Part shown: positions 36,114 through 45,771 of the stretch, piece after piece | How positions within the stretch are numbered: position 1 is the stretch's first letter | Layout: each line of letters begins with the position of its first letter | DNA from: a virus | Lineage: Duplodnaviria > Caudoviricetes | IMG/VR virus record: IMGVR_UViG_3300036853_000162 | Span: 1 to 58,911 of that record | DNA: 58,911 nt | Reading direction: 5' to 3' (one strand) | Program-made: the position numbers and the translations under genes | The notes under the pieces: generated by a model | Database searches by the model: none | What the model was told of the DNA's origin: nothing | The model's input: only the letters and a program-made list of their open reading frames with translations

Positions 36114-37514
36114 TCAGTAGCCTCTTAGCCTGGTTGTGATACGATCCTCGACACGCCGGATCGTGCGGGACCCGGCGTCCAGGCCCGCAACAGCATAGCG
36201 AGCTGCGTCTTCCGCATGATTGTTTTCGTCCACCGGGATCTCCTTCACCGGCCTCCCGTCTTTCGACAGCGGCCATATATAGGTGTCCATCTCGCCCTCG
36301 ATGCCTAATGGTTTATGCGCACTTGCCAGGCTCTCATCCCGATCTTTGAGCGCGTACTCATAGACAAAGTAACGCGGCCTGCCATCACCAGCCGGAGCCA
36401 GGCGCTGCTGCAAGAAGCTGATGCCCGGCGCAATATCGTTGAATGCACCGGTTGCGTGCATCCCACGCCCCTGAAACTGCGCGATATAGGCGGGTTCTGA
36501 CGGGTCGCAATGCCATCTTTCGATAGAGAACTCTTGTTGAAGTTGGGCAGCTCGCTCTAGCCACCAATCAATGGTCTTACGTGTTTGGTAGACCTCTCGC
36601 ATGAGGTACATCCGCTCGTCGTTGTCTACCGCGTACACATGAATGACCCCTGGATTGGTGAAACCCCAGTCTACTGAGGCGATAAACTTCCTGACCTTCC
36701 ATTGGTTGATAGTGCCATCGATATTGAGGATGGACCACTCGACCAACGTCGCCTTGCTCACCACATGAACGGCGCTATCCCACTGCTCATAGACCACGCC
36801 CTCTGCTGCCTGCCATTTGCCGTCTACAAACCGCGCCTTGAGGACGCCGGTCAGCCCGCCCAGGATACCGAAGATGTATTCTCTGCCCTCCGATGTCCAG
36901 TCCTGTGTTCTCAGATCGAAGTAGCGTGGATTGTCACGGTGATAACTCTTGAGTCGCCTCGTGGTGCCCTTGAGCATTCGCTGATTGAGCCAGTGTGACG
37001 GTGGACCAGGATTGCAGTCCATAATGAGTTGCCGATAGGGCACATCAGGCCCGCCAGTACGCCCACGTAACCGCATACGCACGAAATCAGCATTCTCCTG
37101 ACTGCATTCCGTGGCCTCATTGATATACGCCCAGTCAAATTCTGCTGAGAGTACTTTCTCTGGCTTGTCCAGACCGTTCACGATCATCTCTGAGCCATTG
37201 GGATAGCGAAAGGCGGCGGGTTCTACTTTGTTGCCCCCAAACCACTTGATGTCCGTCCGTTGCCTGCGCACATTATCCCGATACGTGACCATCGCAGCGC
37301 CCGCCAGTGCAGTGCTGGTCTTCCTGGCAACGAGCGCCCGAGCGCCTGCGTATTTATCGAGCAGGCGGTGGATCTTATAAAGAGCGCCAATGGTCTTGCC
37401 TGTCCCTGCTGGCCCATCAAGACAGACCTCCCGATCAGTGCATGATCCCAGGTAGAGCGAAGCACCGCGCAACTCAAGCGCCTTGATGCGATAGGAGACA
37501 GAGGCGTTACTCAT
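36114..37514 (-). CDS. terL: Terminase large subunit
   Basis: GPAGTGKT, YINEATE, DCNP...HWL, SVDWGFTNP, CDPS, NHAEDAARYA. Confidence 0.95.
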   Translation of the reverse strand: MSNASVSYRIKALELRGASLYLGSCTDREVCLDGPAGTGKTIGALYKIHRLLDKYAGARALVARKTSTALAGAAMVTYRDNVRRQRTDIKWFGGNKVEPAAFRYPNGSEMIVNGLDKPEKVLSAEFDWAYINEATECSQENADFVRMRLRGRTGGPDVPYRQLIMDCNPGPPSHWLNQRMLKGTTRRLKSYHRDNPRYFDLRTQDWTSEGREYIFGILGGLTGVLKARFVDGKWQAAEGVVYEQWDSAVHVVSKATLVEWSILNIDGTINQWKVRKFIASVDWGFTNPGVIHVYAVDNDERMYLMREVYQTRKTIDWWLERAAQLQQEFSIERWHCDPSEPAYIAQFQGRGMHATGAFNDIAPGISFLQQRLAPAGDGRPRYFVYEYALKDRDESLASAHKPLGIEGEMDTYIWPLSKDGRPVKEIPVDENNHAEDAARYAVAGLDAGSRTIRRVEDRITTRLRGY

Positions 37515-37935
37515 TCCGTGGCCCCTCTAAGTAGCCAGCAGGCACCTCTTCGATGATCACTTGTGGACCCACAAACCCATCCACTTTGACATCAAGGCCA
37601 AAGAGCTTTGCCCTGCGCTCCATTACCGCCAGTATCCGGTCAGCCGCGAACAGGCGTATTTTGTTGTTCCTGTCCAGAAACAGCTTCATGCATTCCGATT
37701 GCAGCAAATCCAGCGTGACCGCCTCCTCCTGACGCAATTCTTCCACATTGGCAACCACCACCCGCTGCATCTCGCGTTGAATAGCATGATGCGCCGCGCC
37801 ACGATCCGCATACCCGCATTGCTCAGCAATCTTCGCATAACTCGTTTTAGCGGCCCTCAACTGGAGCGCAAGAGCTGCCCGCTGTGCTGCATTTATATCC
37901 CGCGTTGTAGTCTTTGCGTTGTGCCGTTCAGCCAC
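37507..37935 (-). CDS. terS: Terminase small subunit
   Basis: HTH SYAKIAEQCGY, ERRAKLFGLD; directly upstream of terL. Confidence 0.82.
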   Translation of the reverse strand: MAERHNAKTTTRDINAAQRAALALQLRAAKTSYAKIAEQCGYADRGAAHHAIQREMQRVVVANVEELRQEEAVTLDLLQSECMKLFLDRNNKIRLFAADRILAVMERRAKLFGLDVKVDGFVGPQVIIEEVPAGYLEGPRNE

Positions 37936-39364
37936 GAGCTACCTCCTCAATGTGTTCCAGTAATGTGGCGGTCTGGCCTGTATGCTTCTCCCACCTGGCG
38001 ATCACAACATCACAGTATTCTGGGCTGAGTTCACACCCATAGACCACACGGTTGTCATTTAGCATTTCGGCCCCGATAATGCTGATTCCCGATCCTAAAA
38101 AAGGGTCAAAAATAACATCTCCAGGTTTTCCATATTTTTCAGCACACCAGCAAAACAAAGCACATGGCTTCTGCGTGGGATGTACGCGCCGCTGGCCATG
38201 CTCGCTATCTTTGAGCATCCCATTCCACATGTGCTTGAAGATACGCACCGCGCTCTTGTCGCTACACCACGCTAACTCGGCATCGGCAAAGTTGCCGGTA
38301 TTCTCCTTGTCCCACACAATCCAGCAGGGCGACGGCGGCAGAGCATACGCATAATAGTTCGCGCCCCACCAGATCTGTACAGCGGTAGACCAATACTGAG
38401 AACAGAGATTATAGGCCGCGATGGCAGTAGCGGTGCTATCGTCCCCAATGACGGGGAAGTACTTGCCTACCTCGACCACGTTCGTGGCTCCGTCGGAGCC
38501 ACGAACGGCTTTGCTTCCGAAGGGCTTAGAGGCTCCGTCGGAGCCTCTAAGCCCTTGCTGCTGCTCCGCAAGGTATGATTTGCCTGTCTTGCGCATGTGG
38601 GCGGCGGTGCCGCCCACATCGCCCTTGCGATGCTTCACACCACCGAAGGGAATATCGTAGGCTTCACCGCCACCAACGTATCCGTTGGTGGCGACTATAT
38701 CAAGGCCGTAGGGAGGATCGGCCCATATCATGTGCGGAATGGCGTCAGTGAACAGACGTTTTACCTGACTGATATCAAGGCTGTTGATACAGGCTATCCG
38801 ATGCCTACCCAGTTGCCAGATATCACCGACCTTCGCCCGCGTCTCTACCTCTTCGGGTATCTCGTCCTCTTCCCCGTCACCCTCGCCTTCCCCGCCACTG
38901 CCCACATACTCATCCCCGAGCGCCTCTAGTATCTGCCGCAGCGCCTCCTCATCCGTTCCCAACGACGCCAGATCGTAGCCCGCGTCGGCCTGCTCCTGGA
39001 GCAATGCAACCAGGAGCTGATCATCATCCTCTGCGTTCAGGGCAATGTTGTTATCAGCCACGAGGATACCGTCTATCGTCTCCTGTGATGTTGAGGCAGG
39101 CAAGATATCAGCGCGTACCTCATGCTCGCCACGCTGTTTCATGGCCTCCACGATGCCATGGCCAGCCACCTGCACATACCCACCGCCAGGACGTTCCCAG
39201 AGCACCACAGAGCGATACTGAGAGAAACGCTCATGTGACGCCTTGAGTTGTCTCATCTGCTCATCGGGATGAGTCCGAGGATTGCGCGGGTGTGGCGTGA
39301 TCCGGTCAATCGAAACCATCCGATTCACAATTGACCACTCTGTGGGCGCGGTGGTTTTTCTCAT
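37928..39364 (-). CDS. ParB-N domain fused to an N6A/N4C DNA methyltransferase
   Basis: HPRNPRTH, AGHG, ADN; DPPY, HPTQKP, DPFLGSG, ELSPEYCDV..RW. Confidence 0.92.
   Translation of the reverse strand: MRKTTAPTEWSIVNRMVSIDRITPHPRNPRTHPDEQMRQLKASHERFSQYRSVVLWERPGGGYVQVAGHGIVEAMKQRGEHEVRADILPASTSQETIDGILVADNNIALNAEDDDQLLVALLQEQADAGYDLASLGTDEEALRQILEALGDEYVGSGGEGEGDGEEDEIPEEVETRAKVGDIWQLGRHRIACINSLDISQVKRLFTDAIPHMIWADPPYGLDIVATNGYVGGGEAYDIPFGGVKHRKGDVGGTAAHMRKTGKSYLAEQQQGLRGSDGASKPFGSKAVRGSDGATNVVEVGKYFPVIGDDSTATAIAAYNLCSQYWSTAVQIWWGANYYAYALPPSPCWIVWDKENTGNFADAELAWCSDKSAVRIFKHMWNGMLKDSEHGQRRVHPTQKPCALFCWCAEKYGKPGDVIFDPFLGSGISIIGAEMLNDNRVVYGCELSPEYCDVVIARWEKHTGQTATLLEHIEEVARG
38479..38556. repeat. 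Two perfect palindromes inside the MTase CDS
   Basis: 38479-38507 (14-bp arms) and 38520-38556 (18-bp arms), shared core GGCTCCG-T-CGGAGCC. Confidence 0.95.
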
Positions 39365-39473
39365 GCTCTCCCCCTGCTTCGTCGTTGTGCAACCTTACCC
39401 CATCCTCTGCGTACTCTCTTTATGCGGCTTTCTCGCCAACGTCGTCGAGAGAGCCATACCATCAGCTTCTGCC

Positions 39474-40302
39474 TCATGCCTCACGCTCTCCTGACGCGTA
39501 GATCATTCCTCGCCAGACCGTGCCATCGTCCGCCACAAGCATCACGTGTGCTGATGGGCGCGTGCCCGCCGCCTTCCCCTCCAAAGGGGGATGCAGCGCC
39601 TTATGGACCTCTTCAGCCACGATAGCACGGACCAGAGCAGGTGTCAGCGTATATCCTTTCTCGCTCGGGTCAAGCGGATAGAAAGGCGGCGTCTTTTCAT
39701 TTTGCTTCATAATCGCTCGCTCGCATCGCTTCCCGGATAAACCACAGAAACGCGCCACCAAACAACACCAGGGCGGCAATGCCGCCAACAAACCACCAGA
39801 CCATTGTCTCCCTCGCTTTCATCGCATCGGTATCCCCAGCCCGATCACCAGCGCCAGGCTCGCGGCCAGCACCAGCGTCACGAACGCCATACCCGCAATC
39901 ATCCCGGCCAGCTCACGCCTGCTCACCGTGCCGGAGCCAGGGCCATCCACACAGCCAGCGCCATGCCAGCCAGGATGGCCAGTGCTATCAGCGCTCGGAG
40001 CCATCGGACGCGCATCACTCCCGGCCATCGTCCCACTTGATCTCGTAGTCGCCGCCACGGGCCAGCAGTCCCTCTAGCTCTTCTAGCGTCGTGCACACCA
40101 CGCCATTGCTCAACGCGATCTGCACGCGCGCATCGTGGGCGGTAAAGCGCACTCCCTGAACCTCCTGCCACTCGTCGGAGCGGCGGCGGCTATCTGGCTC
40201 CTTCCGGCTATTCCAGCGCAGGCGAAAGGGGCGCGGTGGTTCTTGCCTGCGTGGTATCGGCGGGCAGCCTGCCCGCTTATACGCCTCTGCTTGTGTCGTC
40301 AT
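39474..40302 (-). other. Several small hypothetical ORFs at the start of the late operon
   Basis: About 40015..40302, a TM-containing ORF around 39820-40030, and about 39474..39710. Confidence 0.45.
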
Positions 40303-40381
40303 CGTGCCCTCCCCCGTCGTGCCTGAGCCAGGAAGAGGGGTCTGACTCAGGCTGGTGACAGCGAGCTCAGGAATTTGCAAT

Positions 40382-40421
40382 AAAAAAACGGACATCAGCT
40401 CTTAGAAAGAGCCAACGTCCG
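40382..40421 (-). terminator. Intrinsic terminator ahead of the late genes
   Basis: Minus strand CGGACGTTGGCTCT-TTCTA-AGAGCTGATGTCCG-TTTTTTT. Confidence 0.8.
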
Positions 40422-40450
40422 GGATCATGCCTCGTTACGTTGCCAATTAT

Positions 40451-40666
40451 TCAATTCTTCTGGCCACGATCTCGGTTAAAGATCTGGCTCGTGGTGCATT
40501 CGATCAAGAAGACGAAGCCGCGTTTCAGTTCGATGAAGACTTTTCCAAATCCGCCATTTTCGGCTTTGATCCGCCCGACAGTTCGTTCTAGGTACAGGAT
40601 CTCGTCTGAATGGACATTTTCTAACTGAATGGCTTCAAGTTCTCCTGTGCGGATAAACTTCGCCAT
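40451..40666 (-). CDS. Small protein, DUF2292-like
   Basis: GFGKVFIELKRG.V..IE; GAGG RBS; lies between a promoter and a terminator. Confidence 0.55.
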   Translation of the reverse strand: MAKFIRTGELEAIQLENVHSDEILYLERTVGRIKAENGGFGKVFIELKRGFVFLIECTTSQIFNRDRGQKN

Positions 40667-40693
40667 AGCGCACCTCAGATACGCTTTAAGGCA

Positions 40694-40722
40694 AGTATAC
40701 ACTCACGCGAACGCATATGCAA
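40694..40722 (-). promoter_or_regulatory. Sigma70-type promoter (candidate late promoter)
   Basis: TTGCAT-N17-TATACT on the minus strand. Confidence 0.65.
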
Positions 40723-40733
40723 GGGGAGCACTG

Positions 40734-41138
40734 TCAGACACAGATAATCATTTGAGGATGCTCGTAAATGTTGCCGATAACCTGATAGTGCTTCATATCC
40801 ATCTCACACAGAAAGCAGATCCCGTTCTGTGGCTTACCCATCCATGCTAAGCGCTCCTCATCCCACATGACCTGATACGGCATGTTGACGCCCGCGTCCA
40901 GGATATCACCCTCGTAAACATCCACCCCATCACAATCCTCAAGGCCAGTGAATTGCATCAAGTATTCGTCAATGTTGCCACCATTGGGCAGATAGCTTTC
41001 ATGTTCACGCCATTCTTCAATCCCGTGATCTCGCATGATCATTGGTATGGCACGCCGGATGAACGATGCAAGATATTGCTTATCTTGATAAAACATCTCT
41101 TTGCCTGTCCAGGCCCGAAATTTGATCACTCTGCTCAC
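40734..41138 (-). CDS. YopX-family protein
   Basis: IKFRAW, MQFTGL, YEGDI, VIGNIYE. Confidence 0.9.
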   Translation of the reverse strand: MSRVIKFRAWTGKEMFYQDKQYLASFIRRAIPMIMRDHGIEEWREHESYLPNGGNIDEYLMQFTGLEDCDGVDVYEGDILDAGVNMPYQVMWDEERLAWMGKPQNGICFLCEMDMKHYQVIGNIYEHPQMIICV

Positions 41139-41653
41139 CCTTCATGCTCCCCTCCGCTCAAAAGCACATCAGGATAGAGTGTATTCGGATCGGGGGCAAG
41201 CCGCTCAGGAGCATACTGCTGGACAGTATTCTTGATAACCTCGAAGAGCTGGTCACTAATCCCGAAGCGCGCTTTGTTGATCTCCAGGCCGTGCGTGAAA
41301 TCCGTCTTGCTTCGTGCAGACGCAGCCAGCCAGTCAAACACCATCTCCATGATCTGAACGAGGTTCATGCCATTGATGCCATCACCAAAGTATTCAGGAT
41401 GATGGTCATTGACGCTGTAATGGTGCCGGATGGCAGGCTCAATCTTCTTGAGTTCTGCCTTGAATTCGTCCGTTCCATAGGCGTACCTCTGGAGTCCAGG
41501 AAACGCCTCCTCATATGCCTCAAACTCTTCTGGCGAAAACTTCGAGTTATCATGGACAGTGGCGCGTCTGAACAGGTCACCTGCCGCAATTTGCAAATAC
41601 CACGCCACTCGTCTCTTGTGATCAACAAGGTCTTTTACATAGTCACTTGGCAT
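41135..41653 (-). CDS. DUF5662-like HD-type protein
   Basis: H...HDNSKFS.EE, HHY..NDHHPEY, EMVFDWLAA; AGGAGG RBS. Confidence 0.75.
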   Translation of the reverse strand: MPSDYVKDLVDHKRRVAWYLQIAAGDLFRRATVHDNSKFSPEEFEAYEEAFPGLQRYAYGTDEFKAELKKIEPAIRHHYSVNDHHPEYFGDGINGMNLVQIMEMVFDWLAASARSKTDFTHGLEINKARFGISDQLFEVIKNTVQQYAPERLAPDPNTLYPDVLLSGGEHEG

Positions 41654-41888
41654 TGAATGCCCTCCTTTGCTTCGCCTCATTATAGCGCAAGATAAGCGGC
41701 AAGAGAACAACAAAAAGCACCGCTCTTTACCGGGAGCAGTGCCAGGACCGGGATGTTGTTTATGACCATCGTAACCTAACCCGGCCTCAGTATAGCACAT
41801 TCGTCCATTGCAAACTCAGCATCAAAATGGCATACTTATCTCAGCTTCTGGGGAGAATTGCGCGCGATGCGCAGGAAGGTGATTCCCC

Positions 41889-42911
41889 GTGGCATCTCCC
41901 CAAAAAACTGAGCCTACATTCAAGCACCCTGGTTGGAGGCGCTGTATACGTGATTTCCTGGCAGATATCCGGGCACGCAATCCGAAAGCGACCACACACA
42001 CGACCTACGTCGGCCATCTACGGCGTTTCTTCCTCGATCCCGGCAAACGGCCCGACACCTATACCAAGGGCGATGTCGAGCAGTACCTTATCGCCTCATT
42101 CGATGATCCGTCAACTCCTGTCGGCCCACACACTCGCAATGGCCGCCTGATCGCCCTCGGGGCTTTCTTCAGGTATGCCAAGACCTACCGCGTCCCGAAT
42201 GGCAACGGTGATACGCGTCCTCTGGTGCGCAAGAACTGGACGCCTCCAACCGAAGGCGTGGCCTGGGGTAAGACCACCACGAAACGCCGCCAACTCTCCC
42301 CGTCTCAGGTCAAAGCATTCTTTCAGGCGATCGAGGAGCACACACGCAATCCTGTCCGGCGGGCACGCGACCGAGCGCTTTTCATGCTCTATTTGCGGAC
42401 AGGACGCCGCCTGCGTGAGATCGCGGGCCTGCTCTGGGGGGACATCGAGATCCAGGAGATGCGAGGCAAAAATGGTCAGAAGTATGAGGGCTGGGTATAC
42501 CACTGGCGAGGCAAGGGGCACGTCGAGAAGGATGACTGCGCGGAGATTCCGCAGGGCGCGGTGGTCGCGCTCAAAGCCTATCTGGTCCTCAGCGAGCGAT
42601 GGGGCCATCTCACGGCCACCGATCCGCTTTTCCCCGGTTGGCGCAACCAGCCTATGAGCTGGTCCAACATCGTCTCTCTCTTCCGCCAGTACCGTGAACT
42701 GGCCGGGATCGATGCGGAGAAAGGCGGGACACACAGCCTGCGCAGGCGGGCGGCCCGTGATCGCTACGAAGTCTCAGGGCATGATCTTCTGGAGGTGCAG
42801 CAGTTCCTGCGCCACAAGGACATCCATACCACGATGATCTATGTGCAAGGCCCGCCAGAGGAGGCCGACGCATTTGCCGCCGAATTGGATGGTCGCTACA
42901 GCAATTTATAA
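41889..42911 (+). CDS. int: Tyrosine recombinase/integrase
   Basis: RDRAL, TGRRLRE, GKG, HSLRR, LRH...TTMIY. Confidence 0.93.
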   Translation: MASPQKTEPTFKHPGWRRCIRDFLADIRARNPKATTHTTYVGHLRRFFLDPGKRPDTYTKGDVEQYLIASFDDPSTPVGPHTRNGRLIALGAFFRYAKTYRVPNGNGDTRPLVRKNWTPPTEGVAWGKTTTKRRQLSPSQVKAFFQAIEEHTRNPVRRARDRALFMLYLRTGRRLREIAGLLWGDIEIQEMRGKNGQKYEGWVYHWRGKGHVEKDDCAEIPQGAVVALKAYLVLSERWGHLTATDPLFPGWRNQPMSWSNIVSLFRQYRELAGIDAEKGGTHSLRRRAARDRYEVSGHDLLEVQQFLRHKDIHTTMIYVQGPPEEADAFAAELDGRYSNL

Positions 42912-43078
42912 TCTGAGCAGTCCGGACAATTCTGAACTTGCACGGGACTCTCCGGTACTGCAATGACAGACAATAGGAGCACGAGCGTGTTTTGCGCGAT
43001 AAGTGGGTCGCATGGGTGTCACATAGTATGCATTCCGATCCATACGACCGCAGGCCATGATGCCTGGATGACGGCAAC

Positions 43079-43124
43079 ACAAAGCGAGCGAGATACCGTA
43101 GCTACGGTATCTCGCTCGCTTTGT
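43079..43124. terminator. Perfect 46-bp palindrome, probably a bidirectional terminator
   Basis: ACAAAGCGAGCGAGATACCGTAG|CTACGGTATCTCGCTCGCTTTGT between convergent genes. Confidence 0.7.
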
Positions 43125-43133
43125 CGGACCGGA

Positions 43134-43760
43134 TTAGCGGCGTTCTAGCCAGTCGATCACGTCGCCGTAATCCAGGAGCAGCGCTTCCAATCCGGGGAAC
43201 CAGGTTAACGGCGCGGCTCTGAGGGTATCCAGCCGCAGGTTCGCCGCCCGCCAGACCTGATCGTTGAACCAGATGGTGAGCCGCTTTTGCTCGCTGAGCT
43301 CACCCGCGCTCTTGACGAGTTGAGAGTAAGCAGCATCACCGCGAACGCGGGCTACACACTTCAATTCACGCAAGCTCTGGAGCTTATCGGCCACGCTAAT
43401 GAGTAGCGCGTGCGGTGTGACCTGGCTCAGATGCGTAATATAGGCGTCTTTCCTCTCCTGCCATGGTGCCTTGCGCGGGCTACTGGTACCGACCTCCGTG
43501 CATTCCAATACCAGATCTACCACACGCGACGGCATGATCTGGCGCAACTGGGTCGCCGTATACGAGGTGTCCTCAAGAACATCGTGTAAGAGCGCCGCGG
43601 CCACGACCTCATCGTCGCCGCCAGCAGCCTGTACCATCCCTGCTACCTCCATCAGATGCGAGTAGTACGGCACTCCCCGCACCAGGGACGCCTTACGTAA
43701 TTGCCCATCGTGTAGATCGCCCGCCAACGCGGCGGCACGTAGAATAAGATCTCGGCTCAC
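43134..43760 (-). CDS. RelA/SpoT-type HD hydrolase (small alarmone hydrolase/Mesh1-like)
   Basis: H.GQ.RK, PY..HL.EV, AALLHDVLEDT, WQERK, ADKL; GTG overlaps the upstream TGA. Confidence 0.88.
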   Translation of the reverse strand: MSRDLILRAAALAGDLHDGQLRKASLVRGVPYYSHLMEVAGMVQAAGGDDEVVAAALLHDVLEDTSYTATQLRQIMPSRVVDLVLECTEVGTSSPRKAPWQERKDAYITHLSQVTPHALLISVADKLQSLRELKCVARVRGDAAYSQLVKSAGELSEQKRLTIWFNDQVWRAANLRLDTLRAAPLTWFPGLEALLLDYGDVIDWLERR

Positions 43761-43954
43761 TCGCCCTCTCCTTTCGCTTTCGCCTCTGCCCGTTCCCACT
43801 CCGCGAAGAGCAGGGCGGCGGCTTCGGGCGCGACGAGATGCAGCAGATTGATCGCCATGCCGCAGAATTCCTCCAGCAGCGCGACCCGTTCGCGTAACGT
43901 GGCCAACTCCTGTAACGGCCACATGATTTCATCGACCTGCTCTTGTGTGCTCAT
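43757..43954 (-). CDS. Hypothetical protein
   Basis: GGAGG RBS; coupled to the HD gene. Confidence 0.6.
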   Translation of the reverse strand: MSTQEQVDEIMWPLQELATLRERVALLEEFCGMAINLLHLVAPEAAALLFAEWERAEAKAKGEGE

Positions 43955-44007
43955 CTCTTCCTCCAATCCGCGAGCCGCCAGCCTCAGCCAACGGCCCGCA
44001 CATGTGC

Positions 44008-44919
44008 TTACTTCGTCGCCAGTTCGCGGGCCGGATCTGGCGGAATCTCGCTGGCTTCCTGCTGGGCGAGGGCCTCCTTGAGTTTCGGGATAGCCGACTC
44101 GGCCTGTGCGTGGGTGAATGGCCGATCGGGCATCTTCCTATGTAAGTCCTGATAGAGTTGCCGCATGAGGGCCAATTGCTCCTCATTGGCAGGCGCGTCT
44201 TCGCTGGTGTTGGTTGTCCGTGGAGCGCCCTGCATCCATTTTCTCAAGATGCTAACCAGCCGATTCGCCTCGTTCGTGTCTGCCATCGACACCACTTTTT
44301 TGTCGAGTTCGGCGCACATGGACTTGTAAAAAGTTGCCCGATGCTCATGGTCCATCTCCAGATAGACCGGGAACTCATACTCAAAGTTTTCCTTGAATAT
44401 TGGCGCGAGTCCTGAGCGCCGATACAGGAGTTTACCATCTTTGTTCGTATCAGTCGAATAGTCAATCTTCGACCGCAAAGTGCAGATGATATGCATCTTT
44501 GAGTCGAGCAGCATTTTGATGAAATCAGCGAGCAGGTTGTTCACCTGCTGCCATGCAGAGAACGTAGTGATGCGGTCACGCCGGGCAATCTGCTCTGCCA
44601 GGTCTTTCAGTCCGTTTTTTCCTTCCCACAATTGGGACAGGCCATCTATTACCAGAATATGATAACCTGCTGTCTCTGCCTCCTTAAAAGCCTTTGTGTA
44701 GGCTCCCAGAGAAAACACGTCAAGATCAAGAACGTCAAACTGGAAGAGGTCGGCATACATTCGCGCCTTGCGGGATTCAGTATCGATGACAGCAAACCGC
44801 TCGCCGTTGGCCAGCAGGCTCGCGAGTTGAAAACTGGTGAACGTCTTACCAGCACCGGCTATCCCTGCGACAGCCAGCTTGAGCGCAAAGGCTTCCTTAA
44901 CCGCCTGGGTAAATGGCAT
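44008..44919 (-). CDS. AAA_24/Sak4-like ATPase (recombination)
   Basis: GIAGAGKT, VIDTE, VIDGLSQLWEG, HIICTLRSK, FEYEF. Confidence 0.88.
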   Translation of the reverse strand: MPFTQAVKEAFALKLAVAGIAGAGKTFTSFQLASLLANGERFAVIDTESRKARMYADLFQFDVLDLDVFSLGAYTKAFKEAETAGYHILVIDGLSQLWEGKNGLKDLAEQIARRDRITTFSAWQQVNNLLADFIKMLLDSKMHIICTLRSKIDYSTDTNKDGKLLYRRSGLAPIFKENFEYEFPVYLEMDHEHRATFYKSMCAELDKKVVSMADTNEANRLVSILRKWMQGAPRTTNTSEDAPANEEQLALMRQLYQDLHRKMPDRPFTHAQAESAIPKLKEALAQQEASEIPPDPARELATK

Positions 44920-44973
44920 ATTCATATCCTCAATCAGAACGGGGACCACGTTGCCGCGATCCCCCACTACGCG

Positions 44974-45156
44974 CTATGCTTCGTACGAGCCGTTGATATA
45001 GGCTTCGTACAGGATCAGGCTGGCCGCTTCGGCCTCGCTGATCTCGTCCCTGGCCCACGCTTCCCACACCTCGGACTTATATGCCGCCATCTCCTCGTCG
45101 GTGAGCGGCACGAACTCCTCATCCTCCATGGTATAATTCCTTCCGGGTTGGGCCAT
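44974..45156 (-). CDS. Small acidic hypothetical protein
   Basis: GAGG RBS. Confidence 0.5.
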   Translation of the reverse strand: MAQPGRNYTMEDEEFVPLTDEEMAAYKSEVWEAWARDEISEAEAASLILYEAYINGSYEA

Positions 45157-45240
45157 GCGCGTCCTCGTCGTTAGTGGCCTGCGCAGGCCCGCTGAACGCC
45201 GCTGCCGTCCTCGCCTGGATAGCAGCGGCCAACACACGCG

Positions 45241-45666
45241 CTACGGGTTATCTTCGCCGGTCGAGCCAGCCGCATTCTCGCGGGTCTGAACGGCATTCTC
45301 GCGGGCAATCAGGGCCATCTGGCCCTGGGCAATCTGCTCTTGACGAGCAAGTTCTTCTTCCCAGTCCTCCTCAGCAGATTGCCGCTTGAATGTCTCGTAG
45401 TCAGGCATCGAGGCCAGCACTTCCTCTGCTACTTGCCGCGCCTCCGCCACGTGGTCACGCACCGTCACCAGCAGCGTGACCCAGAATTTCTCTTCTGGGT
45501 AATCGCCACCGGTATCAGTGTAGGTGGACTGCTGCATCTGGACGCTCACTACCTCTTTATCCCGGTTGGCGGCCAGCCACTCATTCAGCGATGACGCCGC
45601 CGACTGCGCAGCCCATCCGGCAATGCGGTCCGTGTGGGCAAACGCATGTACGCTTATCTCTGCCAT
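45241..45666 (-). CDS. Hypothetical protein
   Basis: GAGGA RBS. Confidence 0.6.
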   Translation of the reverse strand: MAEISVHAFAHTDRIAGWAAQSAASSLNEWLAANRDKEVVSVQMQQSTYTDTGGDYPEEKFWVTLLVTVRDHVAEARQVAEEVLASMPDYETFKRQSAEEDWEEELARQEQIAQGQMALIARENAVQTRENAAGSTGEDNP

Positions 45667-45771
45667 ATCTCTTCCTCGCTTTCTCTCACGCCAGCTCACC
45701 GCCAGCGCCTTGCCGATTCAGCAAGCCAGGATCAGCCAGTCGCCCGACTGAGCCCGGTTCACCGACCCGCA

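Noticed and set aside
41889-42911. Protelomerase
   Set aside because: Size (340 aa) and R...HxxR...H...Y motifs fit a standard integrase/Xer-type recombinase
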